A DNA stretch of 64,000 nt from Eremomyces bilateralis CBS 781.70. Its lineage: Eukaryota. The DNA is taken from the NCBI GenBank assembly GCA_010015585.1, contig ML975160.1; one strand, 5' to 3'. The position numbers and the translations under genes are program-made. Below the pieces are notes generated by a model. That model saw only the letters and a program-made list of their open reading frames with translations, made no database searches and had not been told where the DNA came from. Below, in pieces: positions 47,161 through 59,893 of this stretch (its first letter is position 1; each line of letters opens with the position of its first letter).

Positions 47161-50100
47161 CTACGACCCCCGACTTCCCCCACCGGGATACTGCTTCGTC
47201 AACCGCTTTCTCCTCCTCTTCTCCCCGCTCCCCTCCCCTCCGCTCTCCGTAGCCCCGCCCACACTCCCACCCCCACTACTCCCCCTCCGCTCCGCCGCCT
47301 CCGCGAACGGCCGCCGCGGCGCCGCCATCTCTGTCACCGATCCGTCGCTCTCGTACCCGCCCGCCCGATTCCGACTCCGACTTCCCTCACGAGAGTGCGT
47401 CGAGGCGTCGTCTCGCGTGGGAGCGAAGGTCGGTGGCGCGTGCGGATGCGCCGGGTTCTCGTCCATTTCAATCGCTACCATGCGCGGTGCGGGCGCGCCC
47501 TCGGTTTCGCCGCCCGGCGCCGTGTGCATGAAGCTCTGGCGAGCCAGCGGGCTGCGGCTGGAGCGGTTGCTAGCGGAGTTCGACGGGACGCCGAGGTTGG
47601 CGTCGGGGTTGAGGCCGGACTGGCCGAGGGCTTGTCGTGCGGCGAGGGAGCGCGCAGGGGAGCGCGACCGAGGTCGCTGGTTGCTGTACTGGACGGGGGA
47701 TTGTGATCGAGGAGAGGCATTGTGGCGGGGTTGCGCGGAGTGTGGTGCGGTTGGCGAGGATGATCGGGGTTGGGGTCGAGAGGGGGGGCCATGCTTGTCG
47801 TCGAAAGAGATGCCCATGGTGGGAGACTCGGGCGAGTTGAGAGATTCAATGCTATCGCTGAACTCGGTCTTCGGGGCGCCGCCGTAGGGATGGCTGCCTT
47901 TGTTGCCCGGATGGTTACCACCGCCGTAGGGTCGGGTGGTATGGTCGCTCTCGTAAAAGGCGCCACCGGCGGGACGTTGCTCCGCCTGGCGGCTGTGGTA
48001 TAATCGGGCATCTTCCGGGGGAAGGAAGGACTCGACGCGGCGGGGGATGTAGATGGAGTTGCCGGCCGAGGTGGCCGATGCCAGGGAATCGATCGACGTG
48101 CGGGGATGCAGCGGGATCCGGGGAACGCCTTGGTTTCGATTGAAATGGTCGGGGATGGTGAGACCCGAATCGTTCGGATGATGGTACCAGCCACCGGCCA
48201 CCGGTTGCGCGGCGTCGAAGCGACCCACGATCCTGTCGGACGGCTGGAGAGCCATTTGCGCCGGGCGATGGTGCGCCGGTTTATCTCCAACTTCGGCGGT
48301 CTCCGCGTTGGCCGGTTTGAACGTCTCCGGAATGATGTTGAGGTCGTCGCCGGTCGCTTCAGCGTGCTCGATGGCCTGTTGTGGCGTCGTGTTGGGGTCG
48401 GCCTTGCCAGCATCAGCCCGAGGGCCACCCCAGGTCCGCTGACCGGCGGTGAAAATGCCGTAGACCATGTAGACCCAATTGAAGAAGGGGTTGATGAGAA
48501 ACATGACCGGGTACAGCATGATCTTGTAACGGCCGAGGCGGGCGCCGAAGTAGAGCATGAGAATCCAGTTAAGACCGAGGGACACGGCGATGAAGCCGAC
48601 AGGGAGCTGATCGATACGTTGCGAGGTGGTCAGCAACGAGATAACCATGATGAAGAATAGCAGCGCGGTCGTTCGAATAGTGTTCTGCATGAATCGCACG
48701 ATACAGAGAATGGGATACCGTCGCCAAAGTCGAACGTCCGTCAACATGCACACTTCGTTAGTGATGAAGCCCAAGAACCATCGTCGTCGTTGCTTCAACA
48801 AACTGGCGTAGGTTTGCACGGCCTCGGTTTTGCAGAAGGCACCGGTGTTCATCTGGATCTGATATCGCTCCTTCGCCCCGATCATGAACAAGTGGGTCAA
48901 CCATCGATCTTCGCCCAAGTGACATTTTCCGTAGTCGAACAGGTCGTCGCACTGTTCGGCTTTGTCGGCGAAATAGAACTTCGACATTCGTCGGAAGGCG
49001 GAGAATCGTAGGATGGTCAAGGCACCGGGCAAGCAAGTGACGGCACCGCATCCCGATTCCACGGATCGCTCGAATAGCTGGCCATGGATATATTCCATGT
49101 CTTGCAGCAGCGTGATTAGCGAGTTCTTCTCGGTGGTCGACGTGATGACCCCCGTCATGGCCAACATGTTCTTCTTGCTTCCGGGTTTCAACTCCATCTC
49201 GTACATGAAGTTCTGAATGCAGTTCTTGTCCAGGATGCAGTCGGAGTCGATGAAGAGGATGAACAGATTGTCATTTCGCTTCAGGTATTCGGTGTAAATT
49301 CGGTCGATGAGTCGGAACGTCCGCTTCTGGCAATGTCGCTTGCCGCCGTGCGGGAACCGGGAGATGGTGATGCGCGTGTTCCGGTAGACGACATCGATAC
49401 TCTTCGGATACGTGTCGAGGGTAAGTGGTACCCCGCATTTCTCGATCGTGTTCAGATACAATTCATCCTCTTGGTCGCCGTCGAAGGATAGGAAGACGTG
49501 CATGCACGACGGGGGGTATTCGCAATCGACGATCGAATCGACGGTTCGAATGAGCACTTCCGGGATTTCCTGGTAGCATGGCATGACGATCACCACCTTC
49601 GGTGCCGATTGCTCGTCGAGGACGTGCTTGATGCGGCTTGTGCGGCCAAGTGAGTGGGTGACCAGTTGGTAGACGCAGAAGAGCCACGGGATGGTGAGGA
49701 GACCGGCAAAGGACCAGAAAGCGAACCATTGCAGGAACGTGACCATCATGATAGGGAAGTGCTGGGTAACCTGCGACGGGAGTGGCAAGGTGACCACCAT
49801 AATCGGAAGGAAAATGCCTCTGTGACGCATTAGTCGGGAGGCGGGGATGAGATACCCAAGGGAAGCGCATACCTAAACCCGGTGAAAAGGACCATCATTA
49901 TTATCGCCATAAACCGTGTCGCTATATTCTCCGCCTTTTGGAATACCTTGACTAGGCAGTAAAGAAACGCGGCCAGCCACAGAAACCATTCGAGTAATGC
50001 TGCGACCATGAGGGTGCCGACAATGGCAACGTAGACAATCTGTGGACCACGGTCAGTGTTTCGCTCTATCTTGACATCCACGTCGAGAACTCACATCTTT

Positions 50101-50172
50101 GACCGGCCATGGCTCAGTGATCGCTGGGATACTGCCATCTTCACTGGCGCGAGCGAGAAGTTCGCCCCACAT
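47161..50172 (-). CDS. Chitin synthase, Aspergillus ChsD-like class (called VI or VII depending on nomenclature); exons 50172-50095, 50039-49873, 49819-47161
   Basis: N-terminal TM helices, FIDSD, QDMEY, TCLPG, LGEDRWL, QRRRW; long low-complexity C-terminus; first exon MWGELL...PWPVKD joins IVYVAIVG in phase 0. Confidence 0.93.
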
Positions 50173-51361
50173 TGTGTCTAGAGATACCGCAGTGGCGTCG
50201 CGAGACTGCGAGCGAGACTTGTGGTTACTCTGCTACGAGTGCAAGTGAACTCAGGAGGGAAGTTCGAGTAGAGGTGCAGTTACAGGTATATTGCTAATTG
50301 AGTCGTTGCATGGACGGTGGTAATGGAAACGAACGTTGAAGGTAGAAGCGAGAGTCGAAGCGATCTGGATCCTGATGTCAAAGGTACATCCTTAGGTCTT
50401 GACTGAGGTTTGTCTTGTTTCTCTTTCGCGAGTGACAAGTCGATCAGAACTTCAGAAGTGATTGGTGATCCAGCGTACCGTGTTCCACTTTTGCTATTCT
50501 GAAGCCGAGCAGTGGTTGCTCTGGCGGTGGGATGGCTCCGGACAGGACGGTTGAGTTCGAGCGCTACCGGTACTGGATGCTTATGGGCATAATTATATTG
50601 CAGTTCCCGATGCTATCACGAGGGGTTTGAGATTCGACGAAAAGCGGCCCGACTTTGATGAAAGGCGAATTAACGGATTTTCCACGCCAGAGCGATGGAC
50701 GTGGACGGGTAGAGGTAACGGAGCACAGCACACAAAGAACGAGTGAGACAAACAGCAGAAGCACAATTGAGGCTCTGGAACGAACGATGCAAGGAAAACT
50801 AAGGATCTGGGAGGGGAGAAGGGAAGGAAAAACGGCGAAGGCGGGTTTGTTCCGATGGTGAAGTCCCATTCAGTCAATGGTTTCAGACTCCAAGGCGATG
50901 AAGCAAGCCCGAGCGGAAACCAGATGTCTCCACCAAGGAGGCGGGAGCATGGAAGGGCCTCAAACTATACTATGGGGCATGGTCCATGGAACACAGCCAA
51001 CTATTTGCTTGGGCACAACTTCGGCTACAGGTTAATGGCGAGATACTTTGGCCATTGAATCAGGCTAAGCGACCATTCGGACGACCCATCTCGGCCATTC
51101 GGCTAGGGTCCAGCAATGGAGCATGGGCGAGACGCGGAGGAGAGTTGGCCACCACTGGTCACAGTGAATCCCCCTTAAAGCGCTGGCGGTTTCCTATTGG
51201 GAGCAAACGTGTTTCCAGAACGACGCCGTATGTAGTATCACCGGAGCAGGGCACGTAAAGCACAGGTATTGGGACCGCAGAAACGCGGGTAACCGTCAGT
51301 TGGGCCTTGTATTGGGGTGTAACCAGTGGAGCATCCGAGCCAAGGAGATCGGTAGGCAGCG

Positions 51362-51415
51362 GAGAGTAGAGAGTTGGCCGCCAAACGAGAGAGTAGAGAG
51401 TTGGCCGCCAAACGA
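51362..51415. repeat. Perfect 27-bp tandem duplication
   Basis: GAGAGTAGAGAGTTGGCCGCCAAACGA at 51362-51388 and 51389-51415. Confidence 0.95.
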
Positions 51416-54400
51416 AGGACCTAAACTCCCTAAAGCGTAAAGGAACGTCTACAGGAGTCTGGAGCAAACACGGGACCAGACACAACCCAAGCTTTCAGGA
51501 TGTTGATATTGGGTGAGTTTCGGTTTGGAAACATGGAAGAAAATATCGACGACAGGGATCCGGGGGGCGGCTAGGGATGGGGCAGGGAAGGCGCCAATTG
51601 CCAGGGATTGACCAAGGATTGGCCCTTGGTCTTCAAATCGAAATGCAAGAAAAATGAATGATGCGGCACATATTGGATCCGTGCGCCCGCTTCTCCTGAA
51701 ACCTTGTTGCCATTTGCACTTTGGCCGAATGGCGTTCATGGTTCACTGTTGAGCCTCCGGAATGCACTTGCACAATTGCATTTTCTTGGCTAACGAAACT
51801 TTTTTATGGTGGAGGCCGGCTGCAGTCCGGCACTAACGGACGGAGCCCAGGCATCCAGACTCCCGACGGTCGATGGTTTTCGCCCCTCTCGTATTGTTGG
51901 GTTTTCAAGCGACACTTCCTGATTTCGGTCCATTATTGGCGGTCTCGGAAGCCCAAAATAGAAAATATTAATATCCGATCTATGGTTCCATTTTTCTCGA
52001 TGCCTATTGACAGTTGTGTTACATGATATCGGTATTATTCCACATGCTGTGGTGTGATAGACAAGTCCGTGATCTTATGCCCAACCGGCTGATTGAACTT
52101 CAAAGTTCCCCCATTTACGAAGAATTCTGATGTACATCCCCTATCTTTCTCAGGCTCAACTCTGAGCTCTCGTGTATCTCATGTATGGATACCTTGTGGG
52201 TACAAGGCTACAAGCAGGATCGAAATTCGAAAACCTCTGCTACTGCTATGCTCCGCATCTCGATTTCAGTGCGCGGGATGCCACGCAATTTGACACATCT
52301 TTCATGGAGTCGCGGATCGGCAACCCAATGGGATGCGCCGGAGATGCCACATCCCTGACGGCATCCCGTTTTCCTAAGAGATGATCAGCGGCGGGGGATT
52401 CATGTTGACTTTTAAAGTTTTAATCAAGGCCCAGCCATCAAGAACGAAGAAAGATGCTGGGTCCTTACCTCAGTTACTCATGCTTCTATTCTTCCAGGCT
52501 ACATTATTATCAAGTCAAAAATCGTCATGTGCAAACTGTCCACTGCCGACGTCGCTTTGCCCGATGCGGGACAAGTGACAGAATGGGTCCTAGGCCAGCG
52601 GCAGGGGGCGGCTCGAGATTTCCTGATGCAGGAAAAGGTGGGCACGATTCCGGGAAGACGCCCAGGGCCACGGTGCTGATTGACAGTCACTGACAAAGTG
52701 ACAAGGGCACAAGGCACTATCCCTCTCTCCTTGAAACATCACACAATGTAACCTCATGTGATTCGTGCTCATGCCGGTCCGTGCCTGCATTCCTCTTCCC
52801 CTTAACCCCTTGTAGGTGGTGGCTTTTCCATTGGCTTTCCCTCCCCGGATTTTCCGCTGGTCCAGTGTGCTGGCTGTCAGCACCTTAACATTACTTCAGT
52901 GAAAATTGAAAACTGAAAAGTCATCTCGTCAGACGTCCACAGGGTGCGTATATACTCCTAAAGAGGGAGCAGAGGACAGCTATTTGTTCTTACTTCTTCC
53001 ATTTCCTTGTCTGTTACACGTGATGTAGTGTGTACCAAGAATAGATCTTTATTCTTGTCTCCTCTGAGCCGGAAATCGGTCTTGTCCCTTGCATTGTCCC
53101 TGAGAAAGCTTCCGAGGCGGGAGGTGGTGATTGGTTGCGGTTAACCCTAACTGCCACCTTTCATTGAGCACAGAATCTCCTGAAGCCGCCACTTCCGAAA
53201 TTTCCAATTGTGAATTTGTGATGGCATCATGGCAGATGGACTGACGGGACCATACACCGCGTCAGTGCTGGTATTGGTGCCTGGCCGCCCTGGCGGAGTG
53301 GCGAATCCCCAGCGCCTCCTCGAACCTTTCCAAGACATCTTCTCTGCTGTTTGATCTCCTCAACATCCCGCTGGTCGAGTTCCATTTGAACAGCGTGTCC
53401 CTGACCAAACCGTCAGTAGGGACCCCTCAGTCGCTCCCCGAACCGCAGTGCTACCAATTCATCGATGCGTGTCTTGTAGTCACTGCTGTAGCCAGGAACG
53501 ATTCCTATCGTCCCCTTATTAAGTCGTTAGGGGCCTTCCCCCAATTCCATGATGAACAAAACATGGGTAATATCGATATTCGGACGCTGTATTTCTCTTG
53601 AAGAAGAATTTTTATGCCCTCTCTCCACGCCTCGCGTAAAATTGGACTATTGGAGCTACTGCGTAGAAGGCCTAGAAGCCCAAGCTACATCCAGATCTCC
53701 ACATCCTGCCTCCGTTCGGCTGTCCACATATCATGACGACAGGTGGCCAGCCACATCCATAGGGCGTCAGCTGAGGTTCTCCAATAGCACAATATACTTA
53801 CTCATACCACAAGCTACGCCATCAATGGATGTACTTTCATTGAGCAAGGAAACTGAATTCCAATTCCCCTAGCGAAATGGCTTCTCTCATTGCGCTGTTC
53901 AGCTCGCCAATACAGGGGATTCGCCTCTCCCAGGAGTCCCCTGCGTCGCATCAAGTGTCCTGATCGTTCGCTTAACGGTTCGCATCAGGAATTCAGAATT
54001 CAGAATCCATATTCCCAAACTCTCCAGCCCAGACTAGTGCCGTGGCCAAAGTCCATCAAGTTGGTCATCGCTAGTTTTGAAATGGCCCGGCCTTATATCA
54101 ATACCTAGATGATTGTGGTTCGACATAACATTGGCATAGGCTCAAGAGGCGGCGCTTTGGTTAAGCGCTCCGGTCCTGGTCAAGGAACATTGAACAGCAC
54201 TGGGACATCGTGACTTGGAAATTCATGACCGCCTCCACCTGTGGTGTATTATCTGATTCTAAGCAAGAAATCAGGAGCAAGCTTTTGATGCGTAGTCGGC
54301 CGGGAGACCAATCTGATTCGACAACCAAGGTAGGTGAACGATATGGATAGGAAGGCATGGACTTGGACAACGTATGTTCCTGATTGAGAGCCGCGAAACT

Positions 54401-54967
54401 AAAAAATGTCTGAGTACAAGAAGGTTGACTACCTAGCCTGGGACGACAAGAGCATAACGTTGTGAATACAGTGGTCCGTATTTAACGCGGGATATAATAA
54501 GCATTTTCATGGTTGCTCATCGAAGTACTAGCAAGACATATTGTGAATCCACAATGTGACTGGAGCTGCTTAAAGGGATATAGTAACATGATGAAAGATA
54601 AACATCCTGATGACCTAGAATTTTCAAGTGTTTTCAAGATGCGAATAGAAGTTGCTGCCAGGTGTGAACTGAGGCATCCTTCGGTTTTGATATCGATATC
54701 GGTTGTGGCGCAGTATGCCCCACCAAACCGTGGCGGTGATCTTTGACTTCATGGTCCGGGTACATGATGACACGGGAAGACATGCTCAGTGACTGGAGAA
54801 ATCACATTACTTTCGCTCTCCTCTAACGCGGGATTTCTAGAGCATTTGGGAGAATTTCTAATGACTCTCTCATCTGCCTATTACATCCCGGAGTCATACA
54901 CATGGTCGACCCATAACTGGTTCGCACCTTTTTCCCTCTTCTTCAACCCCTCCGCGTGGATAGGACT

Positions 54968-57900
54968 ATGGAGAAGCCAAGAAAGCGTATGTCTCTGTTA
55001 CATATTTGTAGATCGGTCTCATAGCTAACTCGGATCTTTTCAGGCGAATTGCGCGACCTCAATGCCGGAGCATGGACAGGAGAGAAAGGTTGGTATTCCA
55101 GCGCTCTCGAGAGATCTTCTGGAGTTCAGAATGCTAAGTTTACCTCTCACCACCAGATCTCTATCCCGTACATGCGACCCTCGACTCTTCCATGAAGAAA
55201 AACACCACCTTCATCAAACGGCTACGCACTTCAATCACTGCCTCAACGCAGTCCACCTTCCTTTCCGAGGTCTCCTCGCTGTCACTCACCAAATACCTCT
55301 CTGAGATCCTCTCCGCCTGTTATGAAGGACTCTGCAAGCTCAAAAACCCCGCCGACATCGCCGCTGCTGTGGAGATCGTCTCCGCGTTGCATCAACGTTT
55401 CGGCCCCGACGACTTCACCAAATACCTTGGCTGGTTTCTAGGACGAGGGCTCGCGACACCAGAGAGGACGGTTCTGAAGGCGTTGGCGCCAGATGTCAGG
55501 GAAAAGGAAGAAAAGGAACGACTTGCCAGGCAGCGCGTGCTGCTGAGGGTCGTTACGGAGCTATGGCTGGTTGGCGTGCTCAGGAGTTTGGAGGATGTGG
55601 CCAGGCCGGAAGAGGCGGCTGCCGCTTCGGCGGGTAAGGGCAAAGACGGACCGTTGCCCGGGGAGAGCCTCGGTGGGAAGAAGTCAATTCCAAACGGTGC
55701 AAAGGCTCATGGACAACTCGATGCGGAACCGTTCCCACTCGAGGTTCTCAAGGATATGCTAGGTCATGATCGAGACCATGTTAACTTGCCACTTGTGGTA
55801 TTGTTCGTGAAGTCCTTTTCGTGGGATATCCTAGGCGCCAAAATTTCTTCGGCCGACGGTCGAAAGACGGTTAACGAGGATGGTGTTATAGTGGCAGGGA
55901 CCACGGCGAAGGGTGAGGACTCAGCATCTTCTGGCGAGGATGACATAACATCCCAGGACCCGCCTATGACTTCTCCAGAACTTCGAGAGCGGTTCTGCAA
56001 CATCCTCAACCGGTACTTTGAAGACGTCAAGTCGCATATTGTCCGCGACCAGAGGCACCTCAATCAACAAAGCCGTCGAAATGCGGAGGCCTATGTCAAG
56101 TCCGGGGAGGTCTTTGAAGATCGACAGGCTAACTACGAGAAGATGGTAAAAGCACAAGAAAAGCTGATCTCGAACGCTCAAATCCTGGCAGAAGCGGTTG
56201 GTGGTGAGATACCAGATCTGAAAGAGAGGGATGCGTCCCAGCAACTCGGGGACGGCTCGATCGGCCTTGTCAAAGCAGGTGATTATTTGCGAGGCCAGGG
56301 AGATGGCGCTGGGATTTGGGAGGACGAGGAGGAGCGGCGCTTCTACGAAAATCTGATTGACCTCAAAGATCGTGTCCCGGCCATTCTTCTCGAGACGAAA
56401 AAGAAGAAAACCGATGTCGACGAACCAGTCGGAAAGAAAGCGGAGGGCAAGGATAGTGAAGACGCTGATCAGAAACCCACCGGTGAGAGCGAAGATGCCA
56501 AATCAGCGGCCGATACGGAAGACCAGTCCACGGCGATCGCGAACAAATCTGTAGGCGCTCAGGTCGACATCCTGTTGGCTCAGTTGCCGGAAATGACCAA
56601 CAAGGACATGGTTGACGAGATCGCCATTCAGTTCTGCTTCTTGAACTCCAAAGCCTCCCGAAACCGGATGATCAAAGCGGTCCAGGATATTCCCAAGGGC
56701 CGTACCGACCTCCTACCGCTCTACTCGAGGCTCGTTGCTACACTTGCGAAATACATGCCCGACATCTCTCAGGGGATCGTGAGCCATCTGGATGAAGAGT
56801 TCAAAAGTCTTCAGCGCCGCAAGCAGAAGGAGTTCCTTGGTCAAGTGCGAATGATGAACGTTCGGTACCTTGCCGAGCTGACCAAGTTCGGCGTCGTTCC
56901 CGAACACATCATATTCCATTGCCTTCGTGTCTGCCTGGATGACTTCTCTCGCATGAACATCGAGATCATGAGCACTTTGATGGAGAATTGCGGACGATAC
57001 CTGATCAGAAACCCCGACACGTCCGTTCGGATGTCATCGTTCCTGGAGACCGTGCAACGGAAGAAATCGGCCCAACACCTCGGGCAACAAGAGCGGATGT
57101 TGATCGAGAATGCGTGCTACTACGTCAACCCACCTGAGCGAGCGGCGATTGAGCAAAAAGAAAGGACGCCCATCGAGTTGTTCCTCCGGAAATTGATCTA
57201 CTTAGAATTGAAGCGAGGCACATTGGACAAAGTTGGCAAACAGATTCGGAAAATGCACTGGGAAGAGCCTGAGGTTCGTGGGATTGTTTGGGTATGGCAA
57301 GCCTCATTCACTGACAAACACAGGTGGTTGCAGTTTTGCGAAAGATCTTCTCCAGACCGGGAAAGCTAAAGTACAGCAACATCCATCTGCTCGCCGTCAT
57401 GCTAGGCATGTTGAATCGATACCATCAGGACTTTGCCATCTCCGTGGTCGATGATCTGCTCGAGTCTATCATATTCGGGCTGGAGCTAAATGACTTCAAA
57501 TTCAATCAGCGACGGATTGCCGAAGTGAAATATTTGGGAGAGCTCTACATTTACCGAATGGTAGATTCGCCGGTGATCTTCGATACCCTTTACAAGATCG
57601 TCACCTACGGGCATGGTAAGTCTGGCTTGTCTGCATGGATGTATCATGTGCTGATGTGAAGCAGAGGATGGTATTCCGAATCCGGGCAAGTACAGCCCTC
57701 TGGATCAGCAGGATGACTTCTTCAGAATCCGTCTGGTATGCAATGTGCTCGAAACATGTGGCGTGTATTACAGCAAAGGAGCAGCGAAGAAGAAACTCGA
57801 CTTCTTCCTGACCTTCTTTCAGGTATGCCGGCCTGAGCGATTCCGAAGTTGGATGCTAACATTCCTAGTACTACATCCACACGAAAGCACCCATGCCAAT

Positions 57901-59291
57901 GGATATTGAATTTGTCGTGCAAGACGGTTACGCTGCGACACGTCCGCAATGGAAGCTAGCCACATCGATTGAGCAAGCATCCAAAGAGTTTGCCGATGCC
58001 GTCAAGCAAAACTACCAATCCACAGGCCCAGAGAAACCCACAGAGGCAGATGAAGCCGAAGACTCTTCTGCTTCTGAGGACGGCGTGGATGATGACCGAC
58101 TGGATGTTGAAGATATCGACGATGACAACTCGTCTGAGGGCGAAGACGGAGTCAGCTTCATTAGAAACACACTACCCAATTCTTTGCTGACCAATGACAG
58201 AACGAAGTCGAGGAAGAGGTACGGGAGGAGCACGACGAGTCCGAAGATGAAGACGATGAGGATGAAGAAGAAAACATCGTTGTCACTCGACCGGAGGACG
58301 AGCGTGATCCTGAACTCGAGGCGGACTTCGACCGAGAGCTGGCCAAAATGATGGCTGAAAGCTTAGATTCTCGCAAAGCCGACCGGAAGCCGGTATTCGA
58401 TGTTCCGTTGCCTATTCGACGCAGCCAACAACGTGATCCATCCACTGCTTTGGATGAAGGGGCGTCCGAGAAACCTGAGGTTCACGTGGAGCAGTCCACT
58501 ATGGTGAAGTTCTCGCTATTGAGCAAGAGGGGCAATAAGCAACAGGTATTGTCTATAGCACACATCCACTCCCGCGATCCCAGCATTTTCAGAATTTCGG
58601 GGATTGGTTTCTTCGCGGGTGCTGATTATCCCTCCAGACCAAAGCCATCGACCTTCCGTCCGACTCCAGCTTTGCCGTCGCCATGCGTACCCAGCAGCAG
58701 GCCGAGCGGGAAGAACAGCAGCGCATCAAGAACCTTGTGCTCAACTATGATCTCCGCAATGACGACACTGATGGTGAAGACGCCCTTTCTATTCCCCATC
58801 TTCCCCCTAACTTGAACCGGAAACGAAGCCGGCCTGAACCCGCTCAGTGGCGCTCCAGCGCCCGTGGAGTGAAACGCGTCGGTGCCGGACGTGGTGGTGT
58901 GCCGAGTGCTGGGGACGAGAACCGGACTCCCCGTAGTCGCACATCTTCATGATGGTCCGCGGCCCGATAGGCCCCCGGGTATCACTGCCGCGGAGTTCAG
59001 AGCTGTTGTCGTCTAAGCTGGTCCTATTCGTTGCGCCTACGTTTCCGTTTACTCAGCTCAACCCACCAACCACCCAGAACACGTTTACTGAGACATCCTT
59101 ATCGCAGACATCGAAACCCGCCTTCAAAATCCGTACGCCCACCACCAAACCCGCATGGACAAATCCGCAAGCACGCGAAATACTCAGCGTTCGAGAAAGT
59201 TGCAATTGAGCGATGTTGACTGGTATGCATCTATTCCATTGGCTGCAGCCCGGAAACCCTGATATGGATACTTAACTTGCTCAGGACTTGA
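54968..59291 (+). CDS. UPF2: Nonsense-mediated mRNA decay factor Upf2/Nmd2; exons 54968-54986, 55044-55088, 55157-57273, 57324-57615, 57665-57822, 57869-58150, 58201-58545, 58638-58773, 59108-59222, 59285-59291
   Basis: LDSSMKKNT.FIKRLR, three MIF4G domains (IWEDEEERRFYENL; LAELTKFG; KYLGELYIY), acidic tract, DFDRELAKMM helix, FSLLSKRGNKQQ hairpin, RKLQLSDVDW. The last two introns are less certain. Confidence 0.93.
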
Positions 59292-59893
59292 GTGATTCTG
59301 TCTTTGTTTCTGAATCAACTTCCCCAAATATTGGACCCCAACAAAGCGAAACGCTCCTCTGCGTACTGCTAGATCGATGCTCAAGGTGCATCAAGCGCAT
59401 GTGCTGGACATTTTGATCCTAGACGAGTCCACATTCGACGCCGCTGCGTCGAGATGGTCACAAGCCACCGCCTAGCGGCTCCCAGGGGACAGGATGATGC
59501 GAATCGGTGCCACTGATGACTGCACCTGCCCTTGTGGAAAGCCGGCAGGAAGCGGAGGGCGGAGATATTCCAAAGGAAAACACGGTGTCCAGAAGCAGAG
59601 TGGCCGAATCACAACCCGGAGTAGAGAGTGGAGGAAAAGCCGTTCATTCGTGTTTCATAGTCGCCACTCCTTAGGAAACAAAGGATTCCATACTAGTACA
59701 TTCGTTAATCAGAAGTGTATACCCCAATATCCATGACTCCGACTCTTTTCAAAGCACAAGGTAGTTCCGTACCGGAATAAACAGCCGCAAATGGGCCTCA
59801 TGCCACCCGCACTTCCTCCTTTTGTCACTTCTCCGTGAACTGCTCGTGTTTCCATCGTCCGGTGACAGTCAGGTGTCCAGCACACTATCCTGC

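Noticed and set aside
50095..50138. Apparent frame conflict or stwintron at chitin synthase intron 1 using ATGs at 50138 or 50110
   Set aside because: Resolved by the upstream ATG at 50172, which joins exon 2 in phase 0.
54588..54672. ATGATGA...CTGA box C/D snoRNA-like segment
   Set aside because: No terminal stem and no rRNA-complementary guide that I could recognise.
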